Origin: Eledone cirrhosa | Taxonomy: Eukaryota | Length of the DNA stretch: 64,000 bases | NCBI GenBank assembly: GCA_964016885.1 | Contig: OZ024742.1 | Span: 296,112,001-296,176,000, forward strand | Reading direction: 5' to 3' | Shown: positions 37,617 to 50,954 of the stretch, piece by piece | Position numbering within the stretch: the first letter of the stretch is position 1 | Layout: each line of letters begins with the position of its first letter | Translations under genes and position numbers: made by a program | Notes under the pieces: model-generated | What the model was told of the DNA's origin: nothing | Seen by the model: the letters and a program-made list of their open reading frames with translations, nothing else | The model's database searches: none

Positions 37617-37622
<6 letters not shown>
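36660..37622. mobile_element. large non-coding fold-back element (~440-bp arms) with hammerheads
   Basis: Arms 36660-37098 and 37194-37622, ~95-bp spacer, ending in (TA)n. Confidence 0.85.
36714..36826 (-). ncRNA. type I hammerhead ribozyme with long stem-loop II
   Basis: catgct-CTGAGGA-attgactggt-[~65 nt]-accagttcaga-GAAA-caattg-TC^agcaatg, with palindromic stem III acaattgt. The partner copy at 37474-37568 (+) has a mutated core (catatga). Confidence 0.7.
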
Positions 37623-37662
<40 letters not shown>

Positions 37663-37791
37663 GTGAGGTTTTTTTACAAAATGAAAAATAACCGAGGTGT
37701 CCTACACGAGTGAAAGTATAAAGAAAAAAAGATGAAATCGAAAATGCAACTGGAGTCTTATTTTTTTTTTAAATATATATATTTATTTGGT

Positions 37792-37831
37792 TCCTTTACC
37801 GGTTTCGCAGTTCTTCTGCTTTTCAAAAGTA
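37792..37831 (-). ncRNA. minimal type I hammerhead ribozyme, U3-A8 core variant
   Basis: tactt-TTGAAAA-gcag-aagaa-ctgc-GAAA-ccgg-TA^aagga. Perfect G-C-closed stem II, palindromic stem III accggt, short stem I with one mismatch. Confidence 0.7.
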
Positions 37832-37887
37832 GAGTTGAGATGGAGGGTCTGTGGTTTTTCTCACATCTGAGAAATATATATATATTT

Positions 37888-38022
37888 ATGTATGCTATCG
37901 CCGTATTTTGACTAAAGAAATTAAAGAAAATTATTTACCCTGATAGTAGGGTTAAGAACCCCACTATCAGGCTAAATAATTTTCTTTAATTTCTTTAGTC
38001 AAAATACGGCGATAGCTTACAT
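37888..38022. repeat. ~66-bp hairpin with a 3-nt loop
   Basis: atgtatgctatcgccgtattttg...gggtt-aag-aaccc...caaaatacggcgatagcttacat, TA-flanked. Confidence 0.85.
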
Positions 38023-38268
38023 TTATAATTTCGAATCCGCTCGCTGTTTCGAAAATATTCTTACTTGATATATATATATATATATATATAAGCACCCAGT
38101 ATACACTGTAAAGAGATAACGTCTTTTGTGCTGGTTTCATAATAAATTGCACTCGGTAGAATGTGCAACTGTGTAAATGAGATGTAGTCTCCCAGTCTGT
38201 CTGGGAGGTCAGTAGGTCTCTAACCCTTGCTAGCAGGGAAAGCGGGTGTTAAATGATGATGATATATA

Positions 38269-39142
38269 TGAGGTGGCATCAACTTTCCAGACTAATTCTG
38301 TAGGGTATTAACAGATGACAACACACAGTTGCATGTGCAGTGAGAGCTAGCAGTGACATTCATGCACTAGTGTGCTAAGTGACATTGCTGTGTTCACTTT
38401 GCAAGTTGTGAAATTTGTGTTCTTGTGATCACATGTATGTTGTAGCCTATGATTTTGTCATGGACTGGAAGTTGGAACAAAGAGCCAATGGGAAGTCTGC
38501 GACAGAGACATTGAACATATCTATGGGTACGACCATGAGATGAAGCAACAGTTGACAAAGTGGAAAAGCCCTTCATCTCCATGACCAAAGAAGGCATGAC
38601 AGAGCCACAGCTCAATCAAGAGCATGCTCATCATTATTTTCAACATCCATGGTATTGTGCATTGAGAATTTGTCCTCCAGGACCAGACGGTCAATTGAGA
38701 GTTCTACTGCAACATTTTAAGACATTTGAGGAAGGACAATAATGCACCCTGTTAATGAGCTCTCCTCACCATAAACAACATTGCATCACTTCCACACTCA
38801 CCATATTGGCCAGATTTAGCATCTGCAAACTTCCGTCTCTTCTCTAAGCTGAAAATGCAACTTGAATTTTACCATTTTAACACTTTTGCCGAGATCCAGG
38901 ACAAATCGTGGGAGGTCCTTGACTTGCTTACAGAAGTCGTTACTTCCAAGCCAGATTTCAAAGGTGGCAGGAACGCTGGGACCAGTGTATTGGAACGCTG
39001 GGGCCAGTGTATTGGAACGCTGGGGCCAGTGCATTGCTGTGCAAGGTGATTGTTTCGAATGAGATGATGTTAAAATTTAGGTAAATATATTAGTTTTTAT
39101 TTTTAAACATAACTAGTCCAGGAACGTTTTGATACCACCTCA
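38269..39142 (+). mobile_element. decayed mariner DNA transposon
   Basis: TIRs tgaggtgg(c/t)atcaa with TA on both sides. Transposase remnants WKSPSSP.PKKA..KSMLIIIFNIHGIVH.EF..QTVN..FY and HSPYWPDLASANF.LF.KLK (YSPDLAP-like). Internally deleted. Confidence 0.85.
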
Positions 39143-39360
39143 TATATACATATATAGATTCATACACACATATATATATATATACATGTACATACATATA
39201 TAGATATATATATATATATACATACATATATATGTGTGTAGGTGCTTCCAAGGTGCTTCCATAGACAGTATGCTGGTTGAGCACTCTATGCTCTTACAGA
39301 GCAGAGTATGATATAATATAAAACGAAAAATCAGTGATGCATCTGAACTCAATTTATTGT

Positions 39361-39448
39361 GTGTTACAATTGTTTCACCGGCGGACAGCTCGAGACGCGA
39401 TCATTGTGTGGATCTGTCTGATTCTGGATCTGCAGGTTCGACGGACAC
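39361..39448 (-). ncRNA. hammerhead-like motif, CCGUCGA core
   Basis: gtgt-CCGTCGA-acc..ggt-GAAA-caattg-TA^acac. Confidence 0.5.
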
Positions 39449-39796
39449 GTCTAATGATTTCAGAGCAAATTCCTTCACTGGAGTGTTAGCGTCAAAAACA
39501 TCCTCTTCGCGTGTCCTGTTATTGGCTGCTGCTTTTCTACATCATCGTAAATCTGACCAACAGGTGTGAATTCTATTGACCATCAGCTTTTCTTTCTGCC
39601 ACACTTCGATGAATTACTACCGGGTTTGGGATTTTATGCGTCCACGAGCACACTCACACACATATATACACACACACATGCACGCACACACACACAATCA
39701 CATAGATAACAACATCTGTACACACAGGCTCCCGCTATACACACACACACTTAAGGAGAACAAATAAAAAAAACATAGACATATGCATACACAGAT

Positions 39797-40168
39797 GTGT
39801 ATGTGGTGAGCACACACAATATAAAGCGCACCTACATCAGCGCAACATCCATGACCTTTAAATCATGGATGTATAACCACACAAACTCTTTCAAGGACCG
39901 GAGTAAGAGGCATTCTACTAGGCTGGCAGACCTGGTGTGGGACTTGAAGGACAAAGGCACCCCGTATGCCCTTGACTGGAGTATCGTTTGGCACGCGAAT
40001 GCATACCCGGCTGGAAGCAGAAAGTGTAGGCTATGCCTATACGAGGTCATGGAGATAGTCAGATTGAAGGATGATGCCGTCAACCTGAAATCGGAAATAA
40101 GCATGATATGCAAACACCAGAGAAGCTGCACACTCTCCACATGGAATCCACCGGGAAGCCCAGGCTAA
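39797..40168 (+). pseudogene. GIY-YIG endonuclease C-terminal fragment (Naiad-type PLE)
   Basis: YIS(YIG)..FKS..YNHTNSF..STRLADLVWDLK..WSI..AY..KCRLCLYE..I..NLKSE..CKH. Confidence 0.85.
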
Positions 40169-40806
40169 AGGCATGCGGCGGAGCGTGCGCCGACCAGAGT
40201 AGTGAAACGGGTTCAAGGGATCAGACACCATAACCTGATGACTATATATGGGGCAAACCGAAATAACCCGGGATGCATACCCGATTCTGCACATCACCCT
40301 AGGCAAGAACATCGCCTGAGCCAGGGCAGGTTGACCCGGATTCCACTGACTTTCAGTCAAATGCATTACACCTATAGGACAATATACCTCAACCACAGTG
40401 ACATACTCCAGTATGGCCGGTCCAAGCACCCCCATGCATGTGTATCTTTTCAATAGAGAGTCCATACTCTCCACGTATTCCATCTTGTAACACATATTAT
40501 ATGTTCTGTATATCTCACGCTTCTGTGTACTATCTCCTACGCATACATGTTCCTCATTCTTCTTTTTTATATATCTCTATGTGACGTTATATCTATACTT
40601 TTAATATATTGCACGTTTATTTTATATATGTGTATATACGTATGTGTATATATATAGATGTATATATATGTGTAGATATATATGTGTGTGTATATATGTA
40701 TGTGTATGGTTATATTGTTTATATATGTGCATGCTTATAACAAGATGCATCATTTCATGTACGACCCATTGTGTATCTTTATATGACTTTGTGTATATAT
40801 CATATT

Positions 40807-40849
<43 letters not shown>

Positions 40850-40850
40850 T

Positions 40851-40883
<33 letters not shown>

Positions 40884-40884
40884 T

Positions 40885-40921
<37 letters not shown>

Positions 40922-41275
40922 TTGTATATATATATATATTTGTATATATATATATATATCTCTTTGTAGCCGTGCGTGGGCCTGTATGTGAATATGCGCA
41001 TATTTGTAAGAGTGTATATGAGCCAGTGTGTGTGTGTACAAGCACCCAATGTAGTGAAAGGGCTTGTTTTTGTGTGTGTATATATATATGTGTGTGTGTA
41101 TATGTATATATATGTGTGTGTGTATATATATATATATATGTGTGTGTGTTTGTGAGCAAGTCTGTATATGGGCATGTAGGCAGGCGTCTGTGTATGCATA
41201 TGTCTATGGTTTTTTTATTTGTTCTTCTTAAGTGTGTGTATAGCAGGAGTCTATGCGTACGGATGTTATCTATGT

Positions 41276-41306
<31 letters not shown>

Positions 41307-41507
41307 AACGCATAAAATACCAAACCCAGTAGAATTCATCGAAGTGCAGAAAGAAGGCAGAAAGAAAAGCTGATGGTCAATAGAATTCACACCTGTTGTT
41401 CAGATTTACGATGACGTAGAAAAGCAGCAGCCAATAACAGGACGCACGAAGAGGGTGATTTTGACTCTAACACCTCAGTGAAGGAATTTGCTCCGAAATC
41501 ATTAGAC

Positions 41508-41579
41508 GTGTCCGTCGAACCTGCAGATCCACACAATGATCGCATCTCGAGCTATCCGCCGGCGAAACAATTGTAACAC
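41508..41579 (+). ncRNA. hammerhead-like motif, CCGUCGA core
   Basis: gtgt-CCGTCGA-acctgcagat..atccgccggc-GAAA-caattg-TA^acac, about 50 nt from the element 3' end. Confidence 0.5.
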
Positions 41580-41627
41580 ACAATAAATTGAGTTCAGATG
41601 CATCACTGATTTTTCGTTTTATATTAT

Positions 41628-41658
<31 letters not shown>

Positions 41659-43924
41659 GATATATATATATATATATATATAATGAGATCAAGATCGTGT
41701 AGGTGTCATGACAAAAAAACACACAGTCCACGCTGTAATGTGGCCATGTAGGTAATATGCTAAAAAGCTCCCAGTCGACACGTAAATGTGGTTGGTGTTA
41801 GGAAGGGCATCCAGCCGTAGAAAACTTGCCAGATAGTCCTATACGAGCGAGACTCAGTCACCCGACCAACCTTGCCTCAAATTGGGACAACTCCCGTCTA
41901 ACCCATGCTAGCGTGGAAGATAGATGTTAAATGATGATGATGATATATATATATAAATATACATACATATACTGAACCATCAGAACAACAATAGTTTTAT
42001 TTATTTATTTAATATAACTGCTCTAACTCTATTCAAAGATACTATGCAATTTCAAGAATGCAGATGCAGGTTGTTGATAAATTATACACTGATAGATCCA
42101 GGCCATTGTTATTAATTTCATTTGAGGTGATGGAAGCATCATGGTAGAGAGGAAAACTTAGAAAGAAACAACAACAAAAAAAAAAAAGTAAAAAATAAAA
42201 TTTAATGCCGAGATAAAAATTTCTGTCTTATACCAGATTCATAAAAGATTTTAGTCTGCAGTTTAAGTTTTGGCTCTTTTGTCATTGCAATCAATCAATA
42301 CCAATGTGTTCTGCTGTTATGCAGATATACACACATATACACACACATACAAACACAAATACACACACATACACATACATACACTTACACACATACACAC
42401 ACATCCGTTGTTCAGAAAGGCAATTTTCTCTTAGCTGCTTTAGTCATTATGATTATTTCTCTAATAAGCCAACATTGCCTATGCAATGATTGATTTTTGT
42501 GACAAATTGCCAGGTTTCATCATGTTGATATATTAGTTAATTATCTAACTCTCTAATAAACTGAGGCCTTTTCTAGAAGCAGCATCTTTCCTTTCTAGAA
42601 TAATATATATATATAATCTAGTTCATCATTCTTGAGGTTTCTCTTCAAATTCTGATTAAAGAAATGCTCTATTACAGATATTAATCCTTTATTTAAAAAT
42701 CACACATCATGACTGACTAGTTAAATCACTCTTCTCTGAACCAAAACTTCATCAGTTCAATCTCTACTACTTCAAACATTGCACACCATATGAACTAATA
42801 AGGAAGTTGTTAAGTGGTTGTTCAATTCACTAGAAATAGCAGTAATAACCCCTGCTGAGAACACTACTTTTTATTGAAATGACATATTGGATATTGTCGT
42901 CATTGATATATCATCATCATGATATTCCTGATTTCCATGGCTGCATGGGTTGAACAGGTTACCATGGCTTCAGACCGTGACCTTTGATCCATATACTCCA
43001 TTTTTAGCATGGTTTCTACAGCCAGATGTATAATGATGGTGGTTGTGGTAAAGTAATGACATACACACACACATACACACACACTCACTTCATATCTGGT
43101 AACCCACATTCTCTCTGTTTCTTTCCCAACTACTGAGAAGAATGGGAAATACTTTCAGCAAACATGTTTGAAATTCAAAGTTATCGTGCAGCAACATTTT
43201 GATATACATAGCACAGAACAGCAATATTATGATCTGTATATCACTGAGCAGCCACATTGTGATATTTGCAGCAGCAATACAGAGAGACTATGTAGCTGCA
43301 CAGCTTAGAGGGAATATTGATAACATATTCAACCCTACACACACACACACATGCACTCTTCTATCTGGACACAGTACACTCCATCTTCCCTTTGTGTTTT
43401 CTCCTTCTCTATTCCTCATTATATTTAACTGTAATCTTTAATACAACCAGATGAAACAGGACAGAAGATAGTTAAGTGTGATACTTTGATAATGGAAAAC
43501 ATCATTAATATCTAATATCATTAATAATGTATTATTGCCAGCATTATCTTCCAGTGTTGTTTATACACTTGAGATTATTGAAATATATGTGTATCATAAT
43601 TTAGTTAGGTTTTCACCACTTCTTCCATTCCTCTTGATACCAAACTTCATTTAGTAGGACTTGAGTAATTATTATATCATATCTTAACGAGTGTGATAGA
43701 GTGAAAGACACAGATAATAAAAGGAAGTTATGATAGAAGATTTTTTTGTTTAAAGAATATTAACATTTTAAGAGAAGGTTTTGTGTCAATTGGGAAAACC
43801 CCCATCCAAACCCATGCAAGCGTGGAACACGGACGTTAAACGTTGATGATGATGAATCAAGAGCAATTTTAGGGGGGTTGATATCAAAATGAGTGAAGAA
43901 AATCAATTAATACATTATGATTCA

Positions 43925-44290
43925 CATCATGGTTGAATGGATAAGAAGTTCATCTCACAATCATAAATTCCCAGATTCAATCCCACAACATGCTATCTTG
44001 TGCAAGTGCCATTTACTATAGTATCAAGTTGACTCATGTCTTGATGTCTTGTGAGTAACATTGAGGAGACAGAAACTGTCTGGAAGCCAGTCAGATGGTT
44101 TGTACCTGTGATTCAAAGTACTAGTCTTGTTTTACAGTGTGTCAGGCTGAATTTCCCAGAAAATTTCATCAAGAGTACACATTACTGTCGAATGTTCAGC
44201 CTCTTGCTTATTAATTTCATAAGCAAGTTGTTCTATTGCTTGAACAATAGAACACTCCTCATCAAAACTGACAGAGGTCTATTCATGTAT
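43925..44290 (+). mobile_element. CORE-type tRNA SINE (old)
   Basis: ggataagaagtt..gattcaatccc..ttgtgcaagtg..tactatag..gtgagt..agaaactg. Related decayed copies near 3185-3450, 10785-10980, 15390-15590 and 48674-48830. Confidence 0.55.
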
Positions 44291-46730
44291 AAATGCATGT
44301 TGTATTGCTGTGTTTATATGTGCAAATGTATGTTAATGTGTACTCTCTCTTGTTCCCTCCACTCTCCTCCATTTCTCTTACCGTCCCCCCTCACTCTGTC
44401 CTCAACATGCTCTGTCACTCTCTTTCTCACTATCTCACACATCTTTACACTTATATTTCACATTATATGCAAGGTTTGTTGACCTTTATGGAAATGTGTG
44501 CATTATTTTAATTAAATCTTTTGACTCACAAACTATCCTCCATGTGTAATGATTTTCTTACAATATAAATGCTTGCATATTCAACACGCTGAATATCTTG
44601 TGACTAATATTATTTTACTTGGCCAGTAACCTACTTTACAACAAATTGGTCAACAGTTAACTATACTGGGAATGTTAGAGTCAACATCATCATCATGGAT
44701 CTGTTTTCCCTACTAGCAAAAGTTATGTAAAAGTCTTTGTTAAATAATGCTCCTAACATCAGCTGAGAAAGTTAATAATATTACAAAGTCCTTCCAAATT
44801 CTTCATAATTTCCAAAATCATTTGAAAATTACAGACAGTGTCTTTCATCAGGAATATGGTCACAAAAAGGATTAAAGTATTTACATTTATTTAAAAACTT
44901 TGTATAATAATTTTATAAAGAACAAATGTCAAGTAATGTACCTAACATCGGAGAAATAATGAGAGAGTTAGCTATTTTATTAAATTTTTCCAAATTCTTG
45001 ATTATTTTCAAAATTAATTTGAAATTTATTGTGAATGAATTAACCCTTTTGATACCAAACTAGCCAAAGCTGGTTTTGGTTCTAGGGAACAAAACTACCC
45101 ATTTAAAGGAGTTCTTATTTAGATTAAAATCTTCCAGTAATTTTATATAAGAAACCTATGTTATCTTACTAATGAAATAATTAATAATTTTAGTAACTCA
45201 CTCAAAATGTTTCATTAATTAATTGAAATACAGCATCTTTAATTAGAAATGCAGTTAAAATGGCAATTGGAATTGAACTTGCTAAATATTCCCCTTAACT
45301 AATTGCTGCCAAGTTTACTGGGATACTTAATTTTTTCCAGAAGAGTAGAACTAATCTTTTGTCAAGCCAATTCCATAATTCAGTTCGCACCATTTTATTT
45401 TCCTTCCATCATCAATTCTTTTGAGAAAACATGACAAACATTCCAAACTGTCAATCGCATTCATTTATAAATCTAAGGCTGTTTGAAGAAATCAATATTT
45501 CTTGAAATGTAAGTGTTTAAGGATCTGGTAAATTTGCCATGTTCTTATCTTATCAACAAAATATAGGAAATGACAGTGGCTTTAAGAATTCAAAGGTTCC
45601 TGACAGTTATCTCTATAAACCATTCCAAGCAATGTTCACGTTGTACAGTATACTTCAAAGATGACATCATTTCATTCAGAATGAGAATATCTATATTTTT
45701 ATTTTACCAAATTCTAATTACTCTATCCTGTTGTGTAATAGTATAAAGACATTTCACATGTCTACAGATTGAATCATATGACATATCTTATCATGGGACT
45801 TATCACATCCAGATGATCATAATATATATAACGTGAATGTGTATTGTCAAAAAATAGTAATTTTATATGTGTGTGTGCATATGTGTCCTTATATTTTGTT
45901 TCCATGCTATCACTAATAGGCACTGCATTAGAGATAATTCTGATTAATAGCTTTTACTTTTTAGTTAGGGACAAAAGGATATTGTTCGTGGTTCTTGTCA
46001 GGGTGTCTGAGACTGGTGAGAAAGGAGGTATTCCCAAATCAGAAACCTGACTCAAGTACTTGCATCAGATTGGATGTTGCTAAAAAAATCTCCCATGGTC
46101 GGGGTAGTGGTGTTAAACCATGTGACAGGTTAAGTCAACCACCCAAATTTGATTTTGGTATTTTATATAAAGATGTTTAGTGGTATGTCAGCTAGGTTGT
46201 ACCAATTTATGGTAGTATTAAACCAGTGGGTTCTTAATGTATTTTTGTATAGAGACTATAGTTGAAATTTTAATATTATCATCACATTTAATGTGTGTTT
46301 TCCCTGCAAACAAGGGTTGGACAGTGGTAGAAAACTATTGAAGGAGATTTGACTATTACTTTGTACATTGTCCAATTACATAGAAATTCCCTTACCAGTG
46401 ATCATGCACTACCTTTCAAGCCAACACTCATTTACATTACTCTATATATATATACTATTGTATTTTTGCAGTAAAGGCTTTATCTCACATAATTATCTCA
46501 CATAATATCGAATCTACAAGATTTTGATATTATTTATTTTGAGAACAATACCTTAAGATGAGTATGAGTGGCCAGTTACAGCCAGTTTGAACAGAAAGAG
46601 GTGATAGAATTCTGCCCAGATATAACTGATTTAAATACTAAAGGGATTAAAAGCCTCAACAAGATTCTGATCACCACATAATATCACCTCACAGGCACAA
46701 CCATTATATAACAGGGCTATGTTAAATATA

Positions 46731-46827
46731 CAGGGTATCCCCAAAAATGTATACACACTGTACAGGCAATATTTATTAGAATGCTGTTTAAGTGAGTATA
46801 CATTTTGGGGGGGGGGGGGGACACCTG
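46731..46827. mobile_element. Tc1/mariner-type MITE
   Basis: TIR cagggt(g/a)tccccaaaaatgtatac with TA flanks. The same family occurs inverted at 61134-61235. Confidence 0.75.
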
Positions 46828-49396
46828 TATTGGAGCTAAAGATAATTGATGGGAATATGTGCTGTTTCAGCCTGTATAAGATGCTGAATGATCAGCCAGG
46901 TTTTAAAGGCATCACTTGTTTGTATGCAAAAAGATAACTGGACTGATATCAACATGTGATGTAAATGGATGATAATGTGTACTGGTAAAGGTGTGCACGT
47001 TGGCGTTGGAGCATATATCTGTGTCAGAAAAATGTTGAAGAATACATTGAAAAAAAGTGGTGAGATCAGATCTTAAAATGCTGAAAATGCTGGTCTTTAC
47101 AGATTAGATGGTAATAGATTGAGCTGAATGGTAAAACATTGTAAAGCAAATGTGAATAACCCATACCAGCATGGAGAATTAGATAGTAAAACAATGATAT
47201 TTTAAAAACATTTTATGTTGCTCTGGTTGTTTGCTTTTCTTTATTAGTGATGGTGTTGATAAAACTTAAAATATTACAATGTTTTATCTTCAAGCAAAAA
47301 TTTTCTTCAAAGAGCTTTTATCAAATATTTGCCCTTTCCCTGGTTTTTCATTTACTGATATCGCTTTCTAAACTGAACTCTTGGATTTACTTGCTGACTG
47401 CATAAATGAGATAATATTTTTGATATTTTCCTCAATTTTATTAAATTTACTGTCATGTCTGGTTCTATAATTAATACCAGTGGTTTAATTTATGAAATAT
47501 TTTTAATCCTTATCTCACTTCAAATGGGTTAAACAATGTGTAAAGTTATGTGTCTGTATTTTTTTTGTTTATGTTTTTTTGTCTTTTTTTGTAGTTTAAT
47601 TAATCGAGACAAAAGGTTAATAAGATCATCATCCTCATCAGTTTACGTCAGTTTGCCATGCTGGCAGGGGATAGATAGTTTGGCACAATCCGATACTAGA
47701 TGGGCTGGTGAAGTATGTTTTACTCATACATTATATTTTTTGCATGCGAGATGCATGTGCTGGTACGGCCATGTTGAGCATAGTGAGGGCTGGATCAGCA
47801 AAGTAATGAATGTTGATCCAGGAGGTAGTCCAGGAAGACCAAAAAGGACTTGGATAGAGGATGTCCATTAGGATCAAGCTAGGCTTGGCCTGGCCCAAGT
47901 GAGATTGGTGGACAGAAACATATGGAGCGGGACACTAAGGAGCACTGTCAGGCAGGACCCACCCCCTATTTAAGGATTAGGTCCAGCATAATCAAAAACT
48001 GGATGATGATGATGATGATGATGGATTCTATGACTGGATGCCCTTCACTATACTAACCACTTTATATAGTCTACTGGGTACTAACCACTTTATATAGTCT
48101 AGTGGGTACTAACCACTTTATATAGTCTACTGGGTGTATTCTGGCAATGCACCAGCACTGCCACTTTACAGAGTTAGCTGGACACATTTTATCCAGGATT
48201 AAACCTGTAATGAACTAGATCTGGGTTCATTTTCAGCTGAGTATACTGAGGCAATGTGAACTGAAGTGTTTTGCTCAAGAACACAACACACAACCTGGTC
48301 CAGAAATTAAACCTACAACTTTATCATCATAAGTCCAACACCCTAACCACTAAGCTATCACAACACACACATGCATACACACACATAGTTGGAAAAGATT
48401 CTCCTCTATTCCAGACCATTTTTACAGTAACCAGAAGACAAAATGTCTGTCAATTGATCAGGAGATAACACAAGTGGGTTGGTTAAATTACACATATTTC
48501 TTTTATCTATCTATCTATTTATTTATTTATTTATTAGTCTGTACAAAAGAAATGTTTGCTAAACATGATTTCTTTTCAACCATAGAATTTTATTCAATGT
48601 TTTCTGTGTTAAACTAAATAGATATATTGTACCAACATTTCCCTTTCTTGTTATGTTTACTACAAAAGTACAGACATGGCTGTGTGGTTAAGAAGTATGT
48701 TTTGTAACCATATGGTTTCAGATTTTACCTCGGTGTGTGATAACTTAAGCAAGTGCCTTCTATTATAGCCTTAGGCTGACAAATGTCTTGTGAGTGGATG
48801 GATAGATAGAAACTGCAAGAAAGCTCATCATATACAGTGAAAGGAAAGGCATCCAACTGTAAAATCAACTATGCCAAAAATTGGAAAATATGTGAGACAT
48901 GACTTCTGGCTTGTCTAGAACAGTAGGAGGACAGTATTTCTTATTAATTATTGACCTGATCTGTGACAATCCACCAAACCTATGCAGCATGGAAAAATAA
49001 ATGTTAGCCCTTTACTCTATATATACTATTGTATTTTTGCAGTAAATGCTTTATCTCACATAATATCAAATCTTTGAGATTTTGATATTATTTATTTTGA
49101 GCACAATACCTTAATATAAGTATAAGTGGATAGTTATAGCCAGTTTAAACAGAAAGAGGTGAGAGAATTCTGGCCAGACACAGCCGGTTTAAATGCTAAA
49201 GAGTTAAATGATGATTGATATATATCCATGCAAGCTTGGAAAAGCAGATATAAAACTGCTGCTGCTGCTGATGATGATGATGATTTTTATCATCATGTCT
49301 ATTTATCTGTATATATATATATATATTTATCTATTATTGGCATCCATCATTCTCGAATGGCCATGGATCTGTGCCTGAAGATATATATAATATATA

Positions 49397-49429
<33 letters not shown>

Positions 49430-50269
49430 CACATAAATATGTGTGTGTTTTGCTTCACATTTAACATTGGCATGTGTTGACGTTTGGTAATAATCCTGCA
49501 TAATTCATTATACGACATCTAGCCATAAAAATACTAGTTCAAAATGTCTCGATCAACCCATGCCAACATGGAAAAGCAGATGTAAAAAGTAAGGATAATG
49601 GAAGGAAAAACATTTTTTTTTTCAACACGGGACTGCCATGTAATGATTTCTATGTTAAACTGAAAATATATTGTATCAACATTTCCTTTCTTTCCGTGTT
49701 TCCTATTACAAGGTCATTGTATCTTAACATTTAGCTATTTATTAAATTTTTTTAATTTATTTTTCCTTGCTTCCTCTTCGTTAACACATCAACTACAATA
49801 CACTTGGTTTCTTTGACTGGAGGCCATACAGTAATGATTTTAATGAAATTTACTCTAGATTCTCAACTTTTGTCAGGTTGACATAACTACACAATGTTTT
49901 ATTTTACTACAGAACGTTTGAAATGCAATTATTTCAATAGGGAAATGACCTAAGGCTGAATGTATTATGAACCTTTAATTGAAACCTCCATAGAACTTTA
50001 AATTATTCCAAAATCAAGCATCTACATAAACATCATCAAAGGCCTCTAACATATTTTGAAATGATAATTTTTCTGTGTGTTTTTAATAGACAGTTTATTT
50101 AATTTTCTGTTAAGATCATTATCCATAAAAAGCCTTGTGCTCTTAAGAAATGTTTAACCTTTACCATGCCATAATTAGAAGTACATTTTAAGCCATAATA
50201 GTATGTTAAACAATTTTCAAGCAACTATTCATGTACATTCACTTTGTCTTCTAATTTACAACTATAGAG

Positions 50270-50954
50270 GACTTCCAGTAGGTCATCCCTGCCCTAAAGC
50301 ACATAGGACTAAAGCCAGCTGGCCTCAAACACGTGATGGTAAATGCCTCGATAGATTATTCTCCTTCCCTTTTGAGGGGGCAAGTCCCTAATTTGTGATG
50401 CGACATGCAGCAATGCGTTCTCTGCTTCCAAACTTGTTGTTTCAGCCACAAACCCAGACTCTACTGCCCGCAATGCAGAGAAAAGGAAGATAGTCAAATA
50501 CCAGGACCTGACTTATTGCTTCCTCTTTGCACCTGTCTCCATCAAGACCTCTGGTAACTTTGGTTCCTGCACTGTTGATTTCCTCCATAAGATCGGAAAG
50601 ACAGTGGCCCATTGGGGGGCGGGGGGAGCCCCATGAGATGGAGTGGCTGTTGTAGCAGGTGTTTCTGGTTATTCTTCGCTGTAATGCTTTTGTCATTTTG
50701 TCTGGGGGGTGTGACTGAGGCACCTTTCAAACTAGGGTGTAGTGACTGTCCCTCTCCTTTATTTCTGGATCCTTCTTTTTTCCCTTCGCATTTTTTCATC
50801 CTTTTCTCTTCCCTTTAGTAGTGTGTTTTTTTTTATTAGATACTGCTCAATTATTTTTGTATAATGTCAATGGCCTTTCATGACATTGTGAGATTTTGTA
50901 TATTGAATAAATTATATGGATACTAATGCCAAATAAATAAAAAATAAAATAAAA
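50270..50954 (+). mobile_element. CRE-type non-LTR retrotransposon 3' fragment (restriction-like endonuclease)
   Basis: RDGKCLD..FPF..LICDATCSN..AEKRKIVKY..FAPVSIKTSGNFG..FLHKIG..ILRCNA; A-rich tail. Confidence 0.72.

Larger units (their letters stand above)
39311..41628 (+). mobile_element. 5'-truncated Penelope-like element with an inverted terminal repeat
   Basis: 39311-39797 is the inverted copy of 41185-41628. Between them lie a GIY-YIG remnant and the 3' region. Confidence 0.88.

Noticed and set aside
40232-40290. CTGATGA...GAAA after the GIY-YIG ORF as a hammerhead, or ATGA..AAA..GA as a SECIS element
   Set aside because: Stems I-III do not pair for a hammerhead. The SECIS helix is poor and the adjacent ORF fragment has no in-frame TGA.
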